This document shows positions 1 through 12,480 of a DNA stretch of 34,197 nucleotides, in pieces. The position numbers and the translations under genes were made by a program. The stretch covers positions 1 through 34,197 of the forward strand of contig JAQGDQ010001574.1 of NCBI GenBank assembly GCA_030141605.1, given 5' to 3'. The notes below the pieces were generated by a model, which worked only from the letters and a program-made list of their open reading frames with translations, was not told the origin of the DNA and searched no databases. This DNA is from Tubiluchus corallicola. Its lineage: Eukaryota > Animalia > Priapulida. The first letter of the stretch is position 1. Each line of letters opens with the position of its first letter.

Positions 1-201
1 TAAGCGACTTTGGCATTGTATGGCGTTAAGCGACTTTGGCATTACATGGCGTTAAGTGAGTTTGGCATTATATGGCGTTAAGCGACTTTGGCATTATATG
101 GCATTAAGTGAGTTTGGCAATATATGGCGTTAAGCGAGTTTGGCGTTATATGGCGTTAAGCAAGTTTGGCGTTATATGGCATTAAGCGAGTTTGGCATTA
201 T
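1..201. repeat. 26-bp tandem minisatellite (TAAGCGAGTTTGGCATTATATGGCGT)n, ~7-8 copies, runs off the window start
   Basis: Unit recurs at 1, 27, 53, ... with a few substitutions. Confidence 0.9.
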
Positions 202-1462
202 AACAGGGTGCATTATGACTCAGCTGCAAGCAGTTAAGTATTAATTAATAACTAATTAATTAACTAATTAATTGCTCACTTGTAAGTATTTGTGGTAATT
301 TTTTTTTTCAGTTTTGCAATTGTATATAGTATATCTGTGCATGTAACTGTAATGGTGTTTTTGTCTAATAAATAGTAATAAAAAAATAATAATAGTATAC
401 GCATCTATGCCAACGTGTTTTGTTTTGCTAAAAATTCGGGCATTGTACGAGGTTGGCGTTAGAAAGGGGTCATTTGCAAAACTCATTGGCTATTAGATTT
501 TAAACTCCGTCAGGATCGCACTAATCAAAGTAGATCTTATAAGTCCTGTGACTTTTCTGCTACTGTATGAGCACAGACATAACTAAATGATTGCAAATTA
601 GGTACTGTTCTATTCAGGAAAAACTCGGCTGTCCAATCGATCTATTTGTTTAAACATTTGCAAATGATTTAATTTAATAAAATTCAGAAAAATACGCCCC
701 TTTCAGGCACTCCAACTTAGCCTATTGAGTAGCTTAGTCTGGTGTACACTTGTGTGATCGTACACACTAATTTATAGATCACCTTCTTACTACAGCACAA
801 GCTGTGCAGTGTTCTGCTGCTATTCCAGGAAAAACTAACCAATCAGCCAAGGAGAAATTAAGGCTGTTTCACCTTTTAACAGGAATTTCTCCTTAAAAAT
901 AGAGCAGACTTGAGGTCAAAGTATATCAGAATGCTGTGTCTGGATAGCTAAAATTTTCTGTTTTAGCCAATTCACACAAGTGATAGTGTACATTGTTACA
1001 GTGCAAATACTGTAATTACTGAAAGCTTTTTTCAATTTTTTCGTCAAAAACCGATTTTTAATATGTCTAAGGTAAGCTAGTGCAATTTATACATAATTTT
1101 GCATGAAAATCTACTGTGTGAGGAGTAGAAGCCTACAAAAATTACCAAATATAATGTAATCGCTGTTTAGTGAGAGCAGTTTTTCATGAACTCACATGTG
1201 CAAAATGCAACAAACTCTTACGGTCCTGAAGGAATTAGCCAACGTTTACTTAATTTTAAAACCCGATATCATATTTCATTATCGAAAAAAACACAACAGT
1301 TTACACGAAAGCGAAGCAAGACATGTCTAATATTACCCACCTCGTCTAACCGCCTATCAGTTCCCATTGCTAACAAGTTGTTAAATTCTCTTTCCAATAT
1401 CTGACGAGCCTGAAAATATCATCAAATCAGCAGGTAGTACAAAAATTTCACTAAAACTAATA

Positions 1463-1914
1463 CAGTGTTCCCTCGCTACTTCGCGGTTCATTTATCCTGG
1501 ACTCGCTGTTTCGCGGGTTTTCAAAGAATATTATAAATCATAAAAAATTACCATTTACAGTAAATAGTGTATTTATTCGGCGGATGAATACACACCAAAA
1601 ACAAAATGCAGTACTTGCGCACGCTTGAGATGCTACTTGCCGACGTAAGATTGTATACAATACACAATTGGTTGATTGATGGAAAGCGACCAACAAGAGA
1701 ATGCTGCTGTATCCCAGTCGCTGACTGGCTCAGGTACGTGCAATTTGTTTTCTTCTACGCTATTTGTGAAATTTTCGTTAGAGACTGAATTTATTCAAGC
1801 CCTACAATGCCACACAAACGTGTATTAAATAAATATAGTGTCCCTACGTCGTAGAAATTCACTTATCGCGGGTGGGCCTGGAAAGGAACACCCGCGATAA
1901 GTGAGTGAACACTG
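1463..1914. mobile_element. Tc1/mariner-pogo(Tigger)-type MITE
   Basis: Imperfect TIRs CAGTGTTCCCTCGCTACTTCGCGG / CCCGCGATAAGTGAGTGAACACTG, TA on both flanks (1461-62, 1915-16), subterminal hairpin at ~1859-1904. Confidence 0.8.
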
Positions 1915-2099
1915 TAATTCACGTAGGACACAGGCTGACGATGCTATAAGTTATAGCATTTATTAAATAACTGTCTAAATATGAATAAGTCAAACTGATC
2001 ACTTTGTCAGGTGTAAAGCAGGTAAAAAAAATGACGTTATAGTGGTAAACACTGCTCAACTTTGTGACTTTGTGAAAAGAGTATGATAAACCTAAATTG

Positions 2100-2330
2100 C
2101 ACGTTTAAAGGAAAGGCCGAGTCTTCTAGGAGGTTATTTCAATCTCTGAGAAAAATGTTAGGATTGCGCCTCGTGTAAGTAATACAATCACTTTAAAGTC
2201 GCGATCACTTCATGCGTAAGCGCTCCCATTTCCAATGAAGTCATTTGTCCTGAAGAAAGGTTCTGAAAAATATATGGTTTTTAATATAAATTTTAATAAC
2301 TTCTAAAATAGTTTCTTGAGTGTAGTAGTG
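2100..2330. repeat. Old dispersed repeat; uninterrupted inverted paralog of the sequence flanking the 17342-17941 insertion
   Basis: AAAGGAAAGGCC...GATCACTTCATGCGTAAGCGCTCCCATTTC matches the reverse complement of 17945-18080 joined to 17310-17341. Confidence 0.6.
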
Positions 2331-2801
2331 CAGTAGTAATGATGTGTGCAAATTGGATGCAAAAAAATCGTTATTAGGTCCTACTGTACTTGGCTCATTG
2401 ACTTGCATGTGGGGAATTGCGGGAATGTTTAATGTGGACCGGCTATTCGGATAATTTTTACCCTGTTATATTGTGTCTTATTGTAAAATTCATTTTAACC
2501 TATTAATAGAGTGCCTTCTTGTTTTCAGGACAAGTTTACAGTATGGAATAAATTGTCTGAAACGACTTAATTATAACAAGAAAGAATTGCTACAGCGACG
2601 AGAGAACAGCGCCACTAATATGAAAGGTACAGTAGGTAATTGGTTTAGTGATGCCGATTGCAATATGCGCCCAGTAATAATATTGTTCCTTTGTCGTCGT
2701 CATCACTGTTGCAGCCACTGCCGTCTTCATTAATGGATAATTTTTGTGTTTATGGGTAAGCATTGCCTGTATTTCAATCGTAACTGTTTCGTTTTTTGCA
2801 G

Positions 2802-2977
2802 ACGTGTTAGTCTGGACGAATGATCGTGTAGTGAAATGGGTTTGCCAGGTCGGTTTGAAGGATTTTTCCTGTAACTTGCCGGAATCGGGAGTTCACGGAG
2901 CTCTGATAGCTCTTGATGAAAGCTTTGATCATAACAGTATGGCACTGGCCTTGCAAATACCTACTACCAATACACAG
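2802..2977 (+). CDS. PPFIA: Internal exon of liprin-alpha, third SAM domain
   Basis: Acceptor ttttttgcag| and donor CAG|gtgatg; translates [59 protein letters not shown], matching the liprin-alpha SAM3 signature DVLVWSNDRV..W...[18 protein letters not shown]....AL.LQIPTQNTQ; phase 1 start, phase 0 end. Confidence 0.93.
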
Positions 2978-3100
2978 GTGATGAGATGTTTTATTGTGGT
3001 TTGTTCCGTGTTTTCCCAATGTGGCGTTCAGTATTCAGATTCTTGATTCTAGAAATTAAATTTAAACAGCGAAACCTGTTATTTTGTAAGAGGCACGTTC

Positions 3101-3251
3101 TTAAAGCACAAGAAAACTCCCAGCTTACATGAAGCTTAAAAATTCGTCTTGAAACTTGCACGATGTGTAAACAAGATGGACATACTGAACAAAAGTACCA
3201 AGCCAAAAGATTTTTTTTATTAAAAAAATAATTTGGGACTGAAAGGGTTAA
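3101..3251. mobile_element. Two abutting truncated MITE ends (TTAA-AGCACAAGAA family end, plus a reverse-oriented piggyBac-like end)
   Basis: 3101-3160 matches the 5940 and 17342 element starts; 3165-3251 is the reverse complement of 28221-28308, ending GGGACTGAAAGGG-TTAA. Confidence 0.7.
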
Positions 3252-3513
3252 AAGACGCCATTTTCTCTCGAGCGCAAAGCGAAACGGTCTTTAAACACGG
3301 AAGTTTTGATTTAACAAAAGCGCAGTGATTACGTTGGTTATGTCTGCTGATGTTGCACAATATGTCGTGTATGAATTAGGCCTAAGTTTTGCTTCAAATT
3401 ACCGTACATGTGTGCATCTTCAGAAACCATAGTTCTACAAGATTTACACATACTCCATGAACTATGAAATTTCTCTCACACATCAGTAAAATCTGACGAA
3501 AAGCTTAATTTAA

Positions 3514-4110
3514 AGGAAAATCGAAAATGAAAAGAAAAGGAAATGTTAAACTGTAGGGCAAAGCAATCTACTTTTTAAAATATTGAAACGAAACATGCTA
3601 TTTCTTCACAAATGACTTGCGTGAAAGAATCATTACCACACAAACACAGTTTCACGTTCGCGCCTTTAGTTCTTCGCTGTTACGTGCATTTCACCATTTG
3701 CTAGTTAGACGGGCACTAACGCCTGCATTTCGGAAAAACCAGGTACTGTACCCCTCGGTTCAGATGTGTTAGTTTGTGACGAACTACACAAGTCTGGCAC
3801 TTCATGCGTGAGCACATAGGTAAATTTGAAATTTGAATTTTTATCTTAAAAGTATTTTATCTGAAAACATTTTTATCTTACAGTAGCACTGTACTTCAAT
3901 TTTCGCTTTCGCAAACACGTGCAACACGCCCGTGGAATATTTTTGCTGTTGAAAATTATGTTAGTTTGTTATGTCATCAACAATTGGGCTCGCTGTTAAT
4001 AAAGTTTTTAATCTATTATTTAATAATCAGAAACGCTTTTGCAATATTAATTGTGTTAAAATATATAATTTTTATCGGACTTGAAAATGGGATAGTGCAT
4101 ATCAAAAGCA
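3514..4110 (+). mobile_element. TTAA-flanked non-autonomous DNA transposon, family A (Kolobok-like), copy 1
   Basis: Extensive similarity to 18187-18787 and ~19995-20656. Confidence 0.65.
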
Positions 4111-4199
4111 ATCACTAATGTTTAAAACAGCATGTTCATAGAATCAACTAAAAAGGATTATAATATGAAAAACTGTTCGTTTTTGAAAAGTTTTTTTGC

Positions 4200-4570
4200 T
4201 ATTTTTCATTGTCTAATGTGACTAGCAGTCCATCAGTTACAGACTTTGACAATTAGTGATGGACCGCTAGTCACATCAGACAATGAAAGACAGTAAAAAG
4301 CTTTTCAAAAAAGAACTTTTTTACTGTTTTTCATTGTTCGATGTGACTAGCGGTTCATCACTTACAGACTTTGGCAATTAGTGATGGACCACTAGACACA
4401 TCAAACAATGAAAAACAGTAAAAACGCTTTTCAATAAAGAACTTTTTTACTGTTTTTCATTGTTCGATGTGACAAGCGGTCCGTCACTTACAAACTGTGG
4501 GAATTAGTGATGGACCGCTAGTCACATCAGACAATAAAAAGCAGTAAAAATAATTTCAAAAAAGAACAGA
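4200..4570. repeat. Three tandem ~125-bp units, each an internal palindrome
   Basis: TTTTCATTGT..ATGTGACTAGC.G.CCATCA.T-loop-AGTGATGGACCGCTAGTCACATCAGACAATGAAA repeated three times. Confidence 0.85.
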
Positions 4571-5319
4571 TTAAAGGTTATAATTTTCGTAGAATAATGA
4601 CTAGTGTTATCAACATTTTGACCGCCATATTCAATAAATAAAAAAAATCTCGTGTGACCGCAAATCTACAAACTACAGATCTGTCGTCAAGCCAGTAAAA
4701 CATCACGCTTTCTGCATTTAAATTTCATAATTTACAGCCCCCGCTTGGTGATTAGCCCAGCTGACTGGACGGTAATTACACAGCGCATTTAGAACGCTCT
4801 GCCGTCATTTACATATTGACCTAAAAAGAAACAAACCAGTCTGTGATTGTTTTACAATTTTCTGAACAATGGAGTCTGTGAAAGTCATCCGTTATTCGCC
4901 AGCCAATGTCGAGTCATTGATGGAGAGGCTGGGAGGTAAATTACTGGTCTGTCTCACTCTGATCTTCAATTTCGCTTGTCTTCATAGCGGAGGCAGCTTG
5001 GGGAGGGGGCTGTGGGTCTATTTTGAACAAGTCGGACTCAGTTTCACTTGCCTACAGTTAGAGAAGCTATCTTTCTGATTTTCTCTAAAGTTGAGAATGA
5101 GAGAGACAAATTAATGGAAATTAATTCTCTGTGACAGCATCATTAAATTTTGTCGTTTGATTGGGGCGGTGGGGGTGGGGGTGTCAGTTGCGGCTTCAGC
5201 ATAACTTGGTTTTAGGATGTAAATCACAGTGCACTAATCTACTACAAGAGTTTTCTCGACTGTAATCAATGAGAAGAGTTAATTGTCTGTCGTTTCTTTT
5301 GAGAGGAGGCAGGAAAAAA

Positions 5320-5860
5320 TGAAGATCTTTCTCAGTTTCAGTTCTATTTGTCTTTAGAAATGAAGATAAATTGTTCGTTTTTGTCTTAGTTTCAGATTGA
5401 CTTGTCTTGATAGGCGAATTGTTTATTTTTGTCTTAGTTTCAAACTGACCTATCTTTAAAGACGTGTATTTTTGTCTCTAGCAAAGTTTGACTTGTCATT
5501 TGAGGGTCATTTGAGGTGATCTGTTCAGTTTTGTCTCAGACTTAATTTGACATGTCTTTTGATAAGTTTATTTTTGTCTCAGACTTCGTTTAGACGTGTC
5601 TGTTGATATGTTCGTTTTTGCTTCAGACTTTGCTTGACGTGTCTTATAGTCGTTAATTTTTGTCTCAGACCTTGTTTGGCATGTCTTATGGTACGTTTAG
5701 TTTTGTCTCAGACTTCGTTTGACGTGTTTGTTGATATGTTTAGTTTTGTCTCAGACTTCGTTTGGCATATCTATTTATATGTTCATTTTGTCTCAGACCT
5801 AATTTGACTTCTCTTTAGCGGTGATCTACTCCTCTTTCATATCAAATTCAAGTGCATGTT
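5320..5860. repeat. Degenerate ~45-bp minisatellite with core TTTTGTCTCAGACTTCGTTTGAC
   Basis: About 11-12 diverged copies of the core. Confidence 0.8.
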
Positions 5861-5939
5861 TCTTTAGAAAGGCAACATTTTCACATTGTGCTTAAATCTG
5901 GCTATATAAGTTTTTTAGCAGTTCCTTTTTGTTTCGTAA

Positions 5940-6494
5940 AGCACAAGAAAACTCTTCATAAACATAAAGCTTAAAAATTCGTTTTGAAATTTTACATCGC
6001 TTACATACTGGCTTTTTGCATGCAGGACTTCAATCGGCAGTCACGCTGTATAAAACATGTAAATTTTAACTCCCGCGATGACCGTTAGACGCAGCCATTT
6101 TCACGACAGGTCATTTGAAACAAGTTTAAATAACATTGTGTAAAGTCTGAAAAAGTAATCAGAGCATTCATAACGCACAAGCCACTAACTACATAACGTT
6201 TAAAATTACTGTATCTTGTCAATAAGATTAAAAATACGTTTTTAGTTAGTGAGTGGTGCACCCTACAGGGGAATCAGCGACATTTTACCAATTAGTGAAA
6301 ACATTTTAAATAATCAAAAATTTTGTTTTCCAGTCACATATGTCTTTCAAGCAGAAAAAAGAAAAATGCTGACTAATATAAATTTGCCTGAAATATTTTT
6401 TCAATGCGAGTATAATATAAAATTGCTGTAAAGTAATATCCTCTTTTAAGGTGATTTTTCAGTAACCTCCTTTGGGTACCGGTTTTCTTGTCCT
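5940..6494 (+). mobile_element. TTAA-type non-autonomous DNA transposon, family B (Kolobok-like)
   Basis: Termini AGCACAAGAAAA ... TTTTCTTGTCCT followed by TTAA; homologous to 17342-17941 and, in reverse, 27108-27969. Confidence 0.75.
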
Positions 6495-6619
6495 TTAAAG
6501 TATTACATCAAGATTGGAATTTTTTCTCGAAACTTGCAATAGCAGCAAATCTCCGACAGAGTGGATATTTAAACACCTGTAAAGATAAAGATAATAACGG
6601 TCATCCAATATTGCCGAAT

Positions 6620-7132
6620 TTTAAATGTGGATTTCGATTTGAGTCTGTTGAACACTTTTTGTTGCACTGCCCATTGCATCAACAAACTAGGGTTGTTATG
6701 TTTGATAAGCTAAATGAAATACTTCTGCCTGAAAACCTTAATATAGCTGCCTTAGGAAATAATGATCTGTTGAAGTTGTTATTATTCGGAAAAGATGAAT
6801 TTAACTATGTTGCTAACTGTAAAATATTCCAAAGTATACATGACTTTATATGACGTACTAAACGCTTCCAGTAGTTTCTATCTGATGTAAAATGCATCAT
6901 TCTTAAATAATCGTACATTAATATTTACTAACCATCATTTTCTACTAATGTTTAATGTATCACTGTAGTAAAACTTTAGTATACTAAAGTATACTAAAAA
7001 CTAAGTATAGTCTATTCTTACTGTAAATGTTTTTGTAAATAGTGTATAAAGTCTGTTGTGGCGAGGATCCTAAATCATGTTGTTCAAACTGTCTGATCCA
7101 ATCCTAAATAAATTATGTTTAAACTAAACTAA
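6620..7132 (+). mobile_element. 3' end of a non-LTR retrotransposon (LINE): CCHC zinc-knuckle C-terminus and 3' UTR
   Basis: CGFRFESVEHFLLHCP...LLLFG...IHDFI*RTKRF, with a premature stop; ends AAATAAA..TTTAAACTAAACTAA. Confidence 0.8.
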
Positions 7133-7589
7133 TCACCTGGAATGTTGTGGGCGTGGAGATAGATAATACCGTTATAGAAAGAGGCAGTGTTTCGTCTGAC
7201 AGTGACAAACCCTGCGAATTCACCTGGAGGCGCGCGAATGCCGAAATGCCGCAAAACAATGGCGCGCGGATCGTGCTGCTCATTCAGTGTGTCAAGTATC
7301 CTACCGTGGTGAGCTAGTCAGCCAGAACTGCTCAAGTTCTAGCACAACAAATAAATAACAACATTTTGTCAGAATAAACAAACTCATGGCGTGCTGAAGA
7401 AGATGAGCCGATGCATTATGTTTCTTTCTTTATTGCATAATCACATAAGCTCTACCTGCGGTTTTACATAATGACCAAAATATGGGTCATCAAAGTGTGA
7501 GAAGACAAGCCGACAAAGAAATATAATTGATCTGCCTTTTCTACCATTCTTGTGCATTATACATTAATGACATCTCAAGCGCAAATCTT

Positions 7590-8036
7590 CAGTAGATAGA
7601 TTTAATAGATTTATTTCGCAATAAACATATACATTACATTACATGTACATCGATAATCAGTTTTTGTTAATACAAAAATATGCTACATTCACGAATTCTG
7701 CGCTAGAGAAACTATGAAGCTAGCTTATGGTAGGCCACTAGAATTAGTTACGAAAAAATTACAATATATACGGATACAATATTACAATATATACAGATAT
7801 GAATACGGGTGGGAAGTAATAAAAATATTATTATACTAGAGGGGAAGTTTTTGAAAATGAAAAACAACAAATCATGATTGAGTGATCAGTTATATGTATC
7901 AAGTAAGTTTAATTTATAATAGCTTGGAGCAATTGAATTCCATATGTAAGGGCCATTGTATTTAATAGAAAATTTTCTAACATTAGTGTTGAACTGTATG
8001 TAGTGATAGTTACGTCTATATCGTGTGCCGTAATTT
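7590..8036 (-). mobile_element. 3' fragment of a CR1/L2-group LINE
   Basis: Minus strand translates NYGTRYRRNYHYIQFNTNVRKFSIKYNGPYIWNSIAP, the typical Y.TR...FS..Y.G..WN C-terminal motif, followed by an AT-rich UTR. Confidence 0.7.
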
Positions 8037-8491
8037 GGCAATGCTTCAACTTATAATAGAGAACGGCGCAAAAACTCACGGAAAGCAGAGCGTTCTGTCT
8101 GACTGTATCATTCGGCTCAATCTTGTGTAATGCATTATCATTCAGACGGTGCGTCGGTGGTGAAAAATTTCGCGAAATTGGTACTTGAGAGTTGAGGCGA
8201 ACAACATTATGTGCGCTTTCAAATTTCTTATCTACTAGCGTAAAAGATTGCGTAAATGCGTAAAAGATTGCGTAAATTAGAGTGACTCCTTCATTACGCC
8301 TTCTTGCTCAGGAAATAGGGCGAAAAATTGAAAATTGTAAAACAGAATTTACAGTCTCAAGTAGGATGGCCCACAACTACACAGGAAGTTTGATACGGCA
8401 TAGATAGTAAAGGATAACTGTGTAATTTAGTGATTTTGATTAGATTGGTGATTAAATTATTAAATGTTTGACGATGCAAGATTAAAGCGTG

Positions 8492-9072
8492 GTTAGGTGT
8501 GGCATCACGTGACCAGCTGATGTTCGATCGGCTGACTCAGAAGTAAGGATTGATGATGTAATCCTTATGCGCAGAAGCTCACGGCGCATTAGGTAGTTAG
8601 ACAAAAGTGTTTTGAGGCCCGCACCTCGGGGGAGATTAGGAACTGACTTGAAGACGGAGGGCTGGCATTACTATCCTCTTATATTAACCGTGTTGTGGTT
8701 GTTGTTTAATAAATGTGTAGTTTATTAAATAAAGTTTTGATAGTTTGCCATGCCCATCGTGGCTACCTCACACGCCACGCAATAAACAACAATAATCAGC
8801 AAGCAGCTTTAACCACAATAATAAACAGACTCTAACGCAACCACTATACCAATTATTTTAGTTAGATTAGCCTGGACTTATACCGATTTTACTCCATACA
8901 TAGGCCTAATTAGCTAGAATCTTTTAGAAAGATCTTTGGTGATATCGGAACGTTTGGCTCTCAACTGTAACGCCTCCGTAGTTGGTTGCGTTCGCAGCTA
9001 TTGGGAATAGTTACCGTAACTGTTCTCTTGACGTGTGAAACTGCATGATTTCGACAATCCTGTTCACACTGA
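8492..9072 (+). repeat. Left arm of a ~580-bp inverted repeat pair
   Basis: Reverse complement of 12481-13061 over its whole length, with scattered mismatches. Confidence 0.93.
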
Positions 9073-9789
9073 TGCTGTACGATCACTATTCACTAATTCT
9101 TTATTTGTCATTAAAATGGTTCACTCATTCTAATAAAATTGAGTAAGCCTCAGCGTAATGTTAAAATAACAACACTGTTCAAGACAAATGCGTTCAGTGC
9201 ATACTAAAAAAACTAAAGTGCAAAACTAAGGCCTAATTATATACAATAAATGAAAATATTTACAAACACCATATTAAAATTGTTTTACAAAACAATATTA
9301 CAGAAGTACATTAAATTTCACATGACATATCACCATCGTCCTTTCACTAGACGGCAGGGGGCGCGTGAGACACACTACATATTGTTTAAAAAGTTGTTGA
9401 AAAAACCCATTAGCGGGAGTACACATCAGCGCACTGTCTCACATCCTTGTATCTGACGAGAAGGAAAATTACACCCAAATTGGTACACCGCCGCTAATAC
9501 GTATCAACCATAGATTAGCAAATAGGGTCAGGGTGATGTTTGAGTTTTGCCGTGTTTGTCTACGCATTCATTCTCCTTGCTCCTAAGCCTTGTCGCTCTG
9601 ATAAAGCGAAGTGATTCTTGAAGGAGTTCTAGTAGCGTTAATGGTGCACATCTTAGTTTGCTCAGCATTGTCTGAACGGATGCTATTAGCGGTGTGGTCA
9701 GTTTGCGTAAGAGAGGGTATCACAACACGGTTTGTTATATCATTTTGTGTCGACGTTTAATGGGTTGCGTTGTTGACTGCGTAGTTGAA

Positions 9790-10427
9790 TAAATGTGCAT
9801 ATAAGTCGCTTGAGTGATTGCTTCTATTACCTGATCGAACGTTTCCTTTGATTAAATTAATATCAAGCCACATTGATTCATACCGGGCGACCCAAAAGTT
9901 GTGAGTTATTAGAATAGCGAGTAAAGTGCATTTCTTCTACGAACGTTTCGTTTTATTAAATTAATATCAAGTCACATCGATTGATACCCGGCGACCCAAA
10001 AGTTGTGAGTTATTAGAATAACGAGTAAAGTGCATTTCTTCTACGAACGTTTCGTTTAATTAAATTAATATCAAGTCACATGGATTGATACCGGGCGACC
10101 CAAAAGTCGTGACTCTGAGTTATTAGAATAGCGAGTAAAGTGCATTTCTTCTGCGTAATTGTATAGATGTGCGTATAAGTCGCTTGAGTGATTGCTTCTA
10201 TTACCTGATCGAACGTTTCATTTAATTAAATTAATATCAAGTCACATCCATTGATACCCGGCGACCCAAAAGTTGTGACTCTGAGTTATTAGAATAACGA
10301 GTAAAGTGCATTTCTTCTACGAACGTTTCGTTTGATTAAATTAATATCAAGTCACATGGATCGATACCGGGCGACCCAAAAGTCGTGACTCTGAGTTATG
10401 AAAGCAACGAGTAAAGTGCATTTCTTC
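9790..10427. repeat. 104-110-bp tandem repeat (5 copies) with a higher-order duplication, just upstream of the SH2 gene start
   Basis: GAACGTTTC...GGCGACCCAAAAGT...GTGCATTTCTTC units start at 9837, 9941, 10045, 10211, 10321; the leader ATGTGC.TATAAGTCGCTTGAGTG occurs at ~9793 and ~10167. Confidence 0.9.
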
Positions 10428-10686
10428 AGCTGATGTGAAGATCTCTGTAGCAAGCTATAATACGTGGATATTTTAATCGACAAATTTACGCGAAAGTTTG
10501 TTTTGCCAAGCCGTCTAATTATTGCAATTAGTTCCGTCATCATTGCGACTATTCCGATATTTTGGTGATCAGTGTTAGTGTATGTTCTATCTACGCTTGT
10601 TGAGAAATGAATTCATACAATCAGGAAGGGTAAACAAAGTTTATTTGAATTAAAAGACAAAATTGAATCATCTTTATTTGACGAAA

Positions 10687-12282
10687 ATGGGTTCAAATTA
10701 TCGCGTGTTTGAACCGGGACATTTGGTCTATGAGCCAATCGCGGTGAGGGATGCAACCAGTCAGCCTAAATCTGTTAGATCATCCAATAGCGGATGGTTT
10801 AACACATTGAAGAAGAAGCTGCAAACGAGGGAGAAGAAGAAACTCGTGTCACTAAAGAGTTTGCGACCTTTTGAAGGAAGCGAGAATGAAAACATCGAAA
10901 AGACGTTTCAACGGTTTGATATCGATGGAAAAGCTGTCAAGGAAAACCATGTTGATAAGCATGCACATGTGGAAATAACAAAAGAAGCAAAACTGAAGAC
11001 GCTCGGCATAGATCCCGACAATGGAAATATAAATGGAGACATCAAAGTAAAGATTAAAAGCAGAGCTGGTGTTGGTAGCTCTGGTTTTGTGAACAGTACG
11101 AACGAAAGGATGCCACAAGCCGTAACCACTCAGAGGAGAATTCCTCGAAATCAGTACGACAAAGAGGGATATCCTTCGAAGAAATGCGCACGGGATGTCC
11201 TCAAAACACCGGATGCAGAATCTTTTTCAACAACGGTTGACAGAGCAACAGCCAAACTTGACAGTTACCGGAATTTGGACGTATCTGGCAGACTTTATGA
11301 CACTCACCGGAGCTTGGCTAGATCTGGCAGACTTGATGACAATCACCGGAACTTGGCTAGATCTGGCAGACTTGATGACAGTCACCTGAACTTGGCTAGA
11401 TCTGGCAGACTTGATGACAGTCACCTGAACTTGGCTAGATCTGGCAGACTAGACGACACTCACCGGAACTTGCCTAGATCTGGCAGACTTGACGGAGTCG
11501 CAACCATAAGCAGGACGGAGGGGCGAACGGCCAAACTGAGACTCAACAATGCTAGAGAAATGACAGAAAGGAGCAGCAGAAGTTCTGGCGACCGTGCAGT
11601 TTATGGATGCGAATCTGGTTATGGATCACTTCGTGTCACCAAGCCTGGTAAAGAGGATGTGTCATTGGGACGTGTTGCCAAGCCTGGTAAAGAGGATGTG
11701 TCATTGGGACGTGTTACCAAGCCTCGTAAAGAGGATGTGTCATTGGGACGTGTTACCAAGCCAGGTAAAGAGGATGTGTCATTGGGACGTGTTACCAAGC
11801 CTGGTAAAGAGGATGTGTCATTGGGACGTGTTAGCAAGCCTGGTAAAGACGAACTGTCATTGGGACGTGTTACCAAGCCTGGTAAAGAGGAAATGTCATT
11901 GGGACCTGTTACCAAGCCAGGTAAAGACGAACTGTCATTGGGGCATGTTACCAAGCCTGGTAAAGACGAAATGTCATTGGGAATGACAGGAAGTGTACCA
12001 CTTACCAGAAATTCATGGAGTGAAAATGTTAAAATTCGTGAAAAGGACAGCCAGACCGGCATGAGTGACAGTGACGACAGCAGTATTGGCGATTCCTTGG
12101 CCCGTGCAGTTCGCGCACTTGAAAACATTTCATCCGGTTTCCACGTCGACGGCTACGCGAGCGTCAGTGACGTGTTCGACGGCGCCGACCTTGACGCTGA
12201 CGACGGTTATGCAGATGTTGACGAAGAATTAAGCAAACGGCATGCAGCGGCGATTGAAATATGCAAACTCAATTTAAACACG
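10687..12282 (+). CDS. SH2 adaptor gene, coding exon 1 (532 aa, low-complexity N-terminus with two 13-aa repeat blocks)
   Basis: 1.6-kb ORF with ATG in AAAATGG context; donor ACG|gtagta in phase 0 joins the 16507 exon in frame (donor is weak, so the exact end is less certain). Confidence 0.78.
11269..11493 (+). repeat. Coding 39-bp repeat, ~6 copies (RNLARSGRLDDxH)
   Basis: Period 39 nt, in frame within exon 1. Confidence 0.9.
11632..11982 (+). repeat. Coding 39-bp repeat, 9 copies (RVTKPGKEDVSLG)
   Basis: Period 39 nt, in frame within exon 1. Confidence 0.92.
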
Positions 12283-12480
12283 GTAGTATAATGTGTCTGT
12301 TTAGCAATTGCTTTCATGGCCAGTCAAGTAGGAATTGAGGTTATTACCCAAAGCAATTTCCACCGCTATTATGTAATTTGCTCGTTTTGCAAATTGGATA
12401 ATTGCGCTGTGCAGTACCGTTTCTGAGTCTCGAGTAAAATAATTGGTTAAAGTCTATTTATTCTTGTGGTTAATACTGCT

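Noticed and set aside
5320-5860. CRISPR-like repeat-spacer pattern
   Set aside because: The repeats are degenerate and the short inter-repeat segments are mutually similar; this is an old minisatellite
6488-6853. 121-aa ORF as a host gene
   Set aside because: It is a truncated LINE zinc-knuckle C-terminus with a premature stop, and its start lies in a MITE end
11594-12128. Alternative-frame and antisense ORFs over the exon 1 repeats, and similar ones at 26426-26774
   Set aside because: They are shadows of in-frame coding tandem repeats of the SH2 gene
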